Below, piece by piece: positions 48,042-48,042 of a stretch of 48,042 bases of DNA; within the stretch, counting starts at the first letter, position 1; the number at the start of each line of letters is the position of its first letter. The notes beneath the pieces are model-generated. The model did no database searches, had not been told where the DNA came from, and saw only the letters and a program-made list of their open reading frames with translations. The position numbers and the translations under genes are program-made. This DNA is from a bacterium. GTDB taxonomy: Bacteria > Patescibacteriota > Dojkabacteria > GCA-016699595 > JBAXKR01. The stretch lies in NCBI GenBank assembly GCA_037131125.1, contig JBAXRR010000004.1, forward strand, positions 1 to 48,042, written 5' to 3'.

Positions 48042-48042
48042 T

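Noticed and set aside
1-48042. Alternative genetic code (TGA read as Gly, as in Gracilibacteria/Absconditabacteria)
   Set aside because: Very long Gly-rich ORFs and all housekeeping genes are intact under code 11.

Overview
AT-rich bacterial chromosome segment read with genetic code 11; the 14.5 kb ORF is open without TGA recoding. The gene content and order (4-TM holin-like gene, secG, orphan family-5 solute-binding protein, secD, secF; mltG; galE, rpoD, tRNA-Asn) and the near-absence of Shine-Dalgarno sites suggest Patescibacteria/CPR, possibly Dojkabacteria- or Microgenomates-like (inference). About 29 kb (2859-31785) is a cell-surface apparatus island with three parts. (i) A WxL/fimbria-like operon encodes a 4836-aa repeat adhesin and a 375-aa protein that share a C-terminal domain, each followed by a DUF916/DUF3324-like membrane partner. 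(ii) A five-gene cohesin-dockerin display cluster encodes two dockerin-tagged cargo proteins (beta-helix; FGE/C-lectin fold), two LPSTA-tailed cohesins and one N-anchored cohesin. (iii) A divergently transcribed 1450-aa protein carries a clan GH-A-like glycosidase domain and a lysozyme/SLT-like domain. A second notable locus (38447-41325) is an array of four divergent secreted paralogs, each with its own copy of one promoter, and with matching terminators after two of them. Accessory genes follow tRNA-Asn, and the last ~220 bp look chimeric. All domain calls come from motif recognition by eye; no searches were run.
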